Source: Longimicrobiales bacterium (lineage in GTDB: Bacteria; Gemmatimonadota; Gemmatimonadetes; Longimicrobiales; Gaopeijiaceae). Taken from it: DNA of 64,000 nt. The notes below the pieces were generated by a model. The model had not been told where the DNA came from. It saw nothing but the letters and a program-made list of their open reading frames with translations, and ran no database searches. The position numbers were made by a program, and so were the translations under genes. Of the stretch, positions 61,552 to 64,000 are shown in pieces (positions within the stretch are counted from its first letter, which is position 1; each line of letters opens with the position of its first letter). Location of the stretch: assembly GCA_965219445.1 (NCBI GenBank), contig CBDCNQ010000005.1:1312001-1376000 (forward strand), written 5' to 3'.

Positions 61552-62876
61552 TGATGAGGATGCGATCTGGGTCCCCACCCAAGCACCTGCCCACGGGGCT
61601 CGCGACGACAGGTGCGTTGACGCTCTGCCTTGCGGCCCAAGTGAGCGCCCAGCAGGCCCCCGTCTGTCCCGATCCCTCGCCGATCGTACGCGATCTAGTC
61701 CACCCCGCTGCGGCCGTCCGATACCTCGCGGACGATGCTCTGGAGGGTCGGTTATCCGGGAGCATGGGAGAACGCTGTGCAACCCGGTACATCGCCGAAG
61801 AGTTCGAAAGAATCGGGCTGATGCCGGGAGGTGACCGCGGGAGCTACCTCCAATCCATCGAGCTGCAGAGCGCGGTGAACGCTCACGCACCTGCAGGCAC
61901 TGGAACGAATGTAGTTGGGATCCTTGAGGGTTCGGACCCCAACCTTCGCGTGGAGGCGGTGGTGCTGGGTGCGCATCACGACCACCTCGGGCACGGTGAG
62001 ATCTTTGGCTCTCTAGCCGGGCCGGAAGATGGCGATGACGACATCCACAATGGGGCCGATGACAATGCCTCGGGCGTTGGCGCTCTGCTTGCGGTCGCAG
62101 AGGCAATGGCGGTATCGCCACCGGCACGGTCGGTGGTTTTCGTCACGTTCTCCGGAGAAGAATTCGGTCTACTGGGTTCGGCGCGTTATGCCCAAGAGCC
62201 GGCGATCCCCCTGGATCGGACGGTTGCGATGCTGAACATGGACATGGTCGGGAGACTGGGGAGTGACCCGCTCATCGTAAATGGAACGGGGACTGCCGAG
62301 GAGTGGGACCCGATCCTCGATTCGTTGGAGGGTTCGCTGGGGATCGCCTTGGCTCGCTCGCCTGACGGGTTTGGCCCCAGTGATCACACTTCGTTCTACG
62401 CACGGGAAGTGCCTGTTCTGCACTTCTTTACGAATGTTCATGGCGAGTACCATCGCCCCTCGGATGAGTGGGAACTCCTGGATCAAGAAGGGCTTGATCG
62501 TGTGACGGGGCTTGTCGCCGGGGTGCTACAAATCGTCGCGAACGGCACTGTGGCTCCGACCTACGTTGCCGGTGCCGGTACGCCACCCGAAGAGCAGACC
62601 GGAGGCTACGGGGCCTATCTTGGCACGGTGCCCGACTTCGCCCCTGTAGATTTTGGTGTGCGCTTGAGCGGTGTGTCTGGTGGGTCTCCCGCAGAGGAGG
62701 CTGGACTGCAGGCCGGAGACATCCTGATCCGGCTCGGTTCCTTCGAGATCGCAGACCTGTACGTTCTCACCGACGCCCTCCAGGCTCTCGAACCAGGAAC
62801 CGAGGTTCAGGCGACTCTCCTCCGCGATGGACAGGAGATCGCGGTCCAAGTCACGTTGAGAGAGAGGGGTCGCTAG
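61548..62876 (+). CDS. M28 family peptidase with C-terminal PDZ domain
   Basis: GAHHDHLG, NGADDNASG, GEEFGLLGS, NMDMVGR, SDH, YLGTVPDF...SPAEEAGLQAGD. Confidence 0.9.
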   Translation: MMMRMRSGSPPKHLPTGLATTGALTLCLAAQVSAQQAPVCPDPSPIVRDLVHPAAAVRYLADDALEGRLSGSMGERCATRYIAEEFERIGLMPGGDRGSYLQSIELQSAVNAHAPAGTGTNVVGILEGSDPNLRVEAVVLGAHHDHLGHGEIFGSLAGPEDGDDDIHNGADDNASGVGALLAVAEAMAVSPPARSVVFVTFSGEEFGLLGSARYAQEPAIPLDRTVAMLNMDMVGRLGSDPLIVNGTGTAEEWDPILDSLEGSLGIALARSPDGFGPSDHTSFYAREVPVLHFFTNVHGEYHRPSDEWELLDQEGLDRVTGLVAGVLQIVANGTVAPTYVAGAGTPPEEQTGGYGAYLGTVPDFAPVDFGVRLSGVSGGSPAEEAGLQAGDILIRLGSFEIADLYVLTDALQALEPGTEVQATLLRDGQEIAVQVTLRERGR

Positions 62877-62926
62877 GGCAGTCCGGACGGCCGAAGCAAC
62901 GTTCGCCACTCAGCAGTGGCGCGGAT

Positions 62927-63826
62927 CTATTCCCCGATCTGGAACCCGGCAAGATTCTCGAGCGCTTTCGCCAGTCCATGATTCCCCTCTCTTCCCAACC
63001 CCGCCTTTTGAAGCGTCCGGTACAGCTGAAACACGGTACCGGTGCCGAGCAGCGGCACGCCCATTTCGTCCGCAGCCTCGAGCGCGAGCCGTAGATCCTT
63101 TTGTTGGAGGTCGATCATGAACCCAGGTCTCCAGTCCCTCGCTACCACCTGCGGACCTCGGTTCGCAAGCATCCAACTTCCTGCGGCACCGCCTGTGATC
63201 GCATCCAAGGTTTTCTCCAAATCGACCCCGGCTGCCTGCGCAAAGAGCAGGCCTTCGGCCGCAGCGAGCATATTCACAACCACGACGATTTGATTCACCA
63301 GCTTCACTGTCTGACCTGCACCGATGGGACCGACGTGCGTGATGGTCTTCCCCATGGCCTCAAACGCGGGCATGGCTCGCGCGACGTGTTCGGGAGCGCC
63401 CCCGACCATGATGCTTAGCGTTCCCTTGGCGGCACCCTCGCTTCCGCCGCTGATCGGCGCGTCCAACATCTGAACGTCGGAGTCGAGAAGCTGCGCCGCG
63501 ATGTCTCGGGTCACGCTCGGGCTGATCGTACTCATGTCGACAACCAGCGATCCAGGGTCCGATCCGGCCAAGACACCCCGATCACCTAGGATGACCGCCT
63601 CGACGTCAGGTGTGTCGCTCACACACGTGATCGCGATGTCCGTTTGAGCAGCCACATCCGCAGGATCCGATCCCGCTTCGGCCCCGGCGTTGACGAGTCC
63701 GGTCATTCTCTCGGCGGTCCGGTTCCAAACCCTGACGCGGAACCCGGCTTCGAGAAGATTCTGAACCATGCCTCGGCCCATGATCCCTAGGCCGATGAAG
63801 CCGATCGATTCGTGCGGTGAATTCAT
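62927..63826 (-). CDS. Beta-hydroxyacid dehydrogenase (tartronate semialdehyde reductase / HIBADH family)
   Basis: GFIGLGIMG, DAPISGG, KLVNQ, KDLRLA. Confidence 0.9.
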   Translation of the reverse strand: MNSPHESIGFIGLGIMGRGMVQNLLEAGFRVRVWNRTAERMTGLVNAGAEAGSDPADVAAQTDIAITCVSDTPDVEAVILGDRGVLAGSDPGSLVVDMSTISPSVTRDIAAQLLDSDVQMLDAPISGGSEGAAKGTLSIMVGGAPEHVARAMPAFEAMGKTITHVGPIGAGQTVKLVNQIVVVVNMLAAAEGLLFAQAAGVDLEKTLDAITGGAAGSWMLANRGPQVVARDWRPGFMIDLQQKDLRLALEAADEMGVPLLGTGTVFQLYRTLQKAGLGREGNHGLAKALENLAGFQIGE

Positions 63827-63932
63827 CGAGACTCCTCTCTGGCTGAACGCCCTCTCAGATATCGAAGGCTCAACATGCGCAGAGGAGCCATTTGCGCAAC
63901 CTTGCGCTTGGCTACGAACTTTTCTGGTCGCG

Positions 63933-64000
63933 CTAGTCCCCCTCTACCACGCCTGGGTCCAGGTGGCCCCCCAGGGTGAGGCGGAAATCACGTCCCCCAT
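63933..64000 (-). CDS. C-terminus of a gene extending beyond the window
   Basis: Open frame GGRDFRLTLGGHLDPGVVEGD* at the window edge. Confidence 0.3.
   Translation of the reverse strand, partial: GGRDFRLTLGGHLDPGVVEGD

Overview
High-GC bacterial chromosomal window; the gene repertoire is compatible with Gemmatimonadota (inference only). A housekeeping backbone (nucleotidyltransferase, msrB, glutaryl-CoA-type dehydrogenase, minor type IV pilin cluster, large NAD-glutamate dehydrogenase, YhaO/YhaN-like nuclease-ATPase pair, Yej/Opp-type peptide ABC transporter, peptidases and hydrolases) is interrupted by two accessory zones. (1) Downstream of tRNA-Lys(CTT), about 10.1-25.1 kb, lies a decaying island. 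It holds a DUF5677-like gene, two IS630 copies bracketing ppk2, IS256/IS3/P4-integrase/mobC/hsdM remnants eroded by deletions, a twice-repeated structured non-coding motif, and an apparently intact class IIC group II intron inserted antisense into an amidase-CHRD gene. (2) At 41.4-45.0 kb is a 3.56-kb integrase-less element bounded by 227-bp inverted repeats that end in tyrosine-recombinase-like core sites. It carries alpA and a Calx-beta autotransporter split by a clean ~690-bp inversion; reversing that inversion restores a single 666-codon ORF and 419-bp terminal inverted repeats. A 301-bp MITE (plus a solo end 31 kb away) sits just upstream of the nuclease gene. All calls are by-eye motif recognition; no database searches were run.
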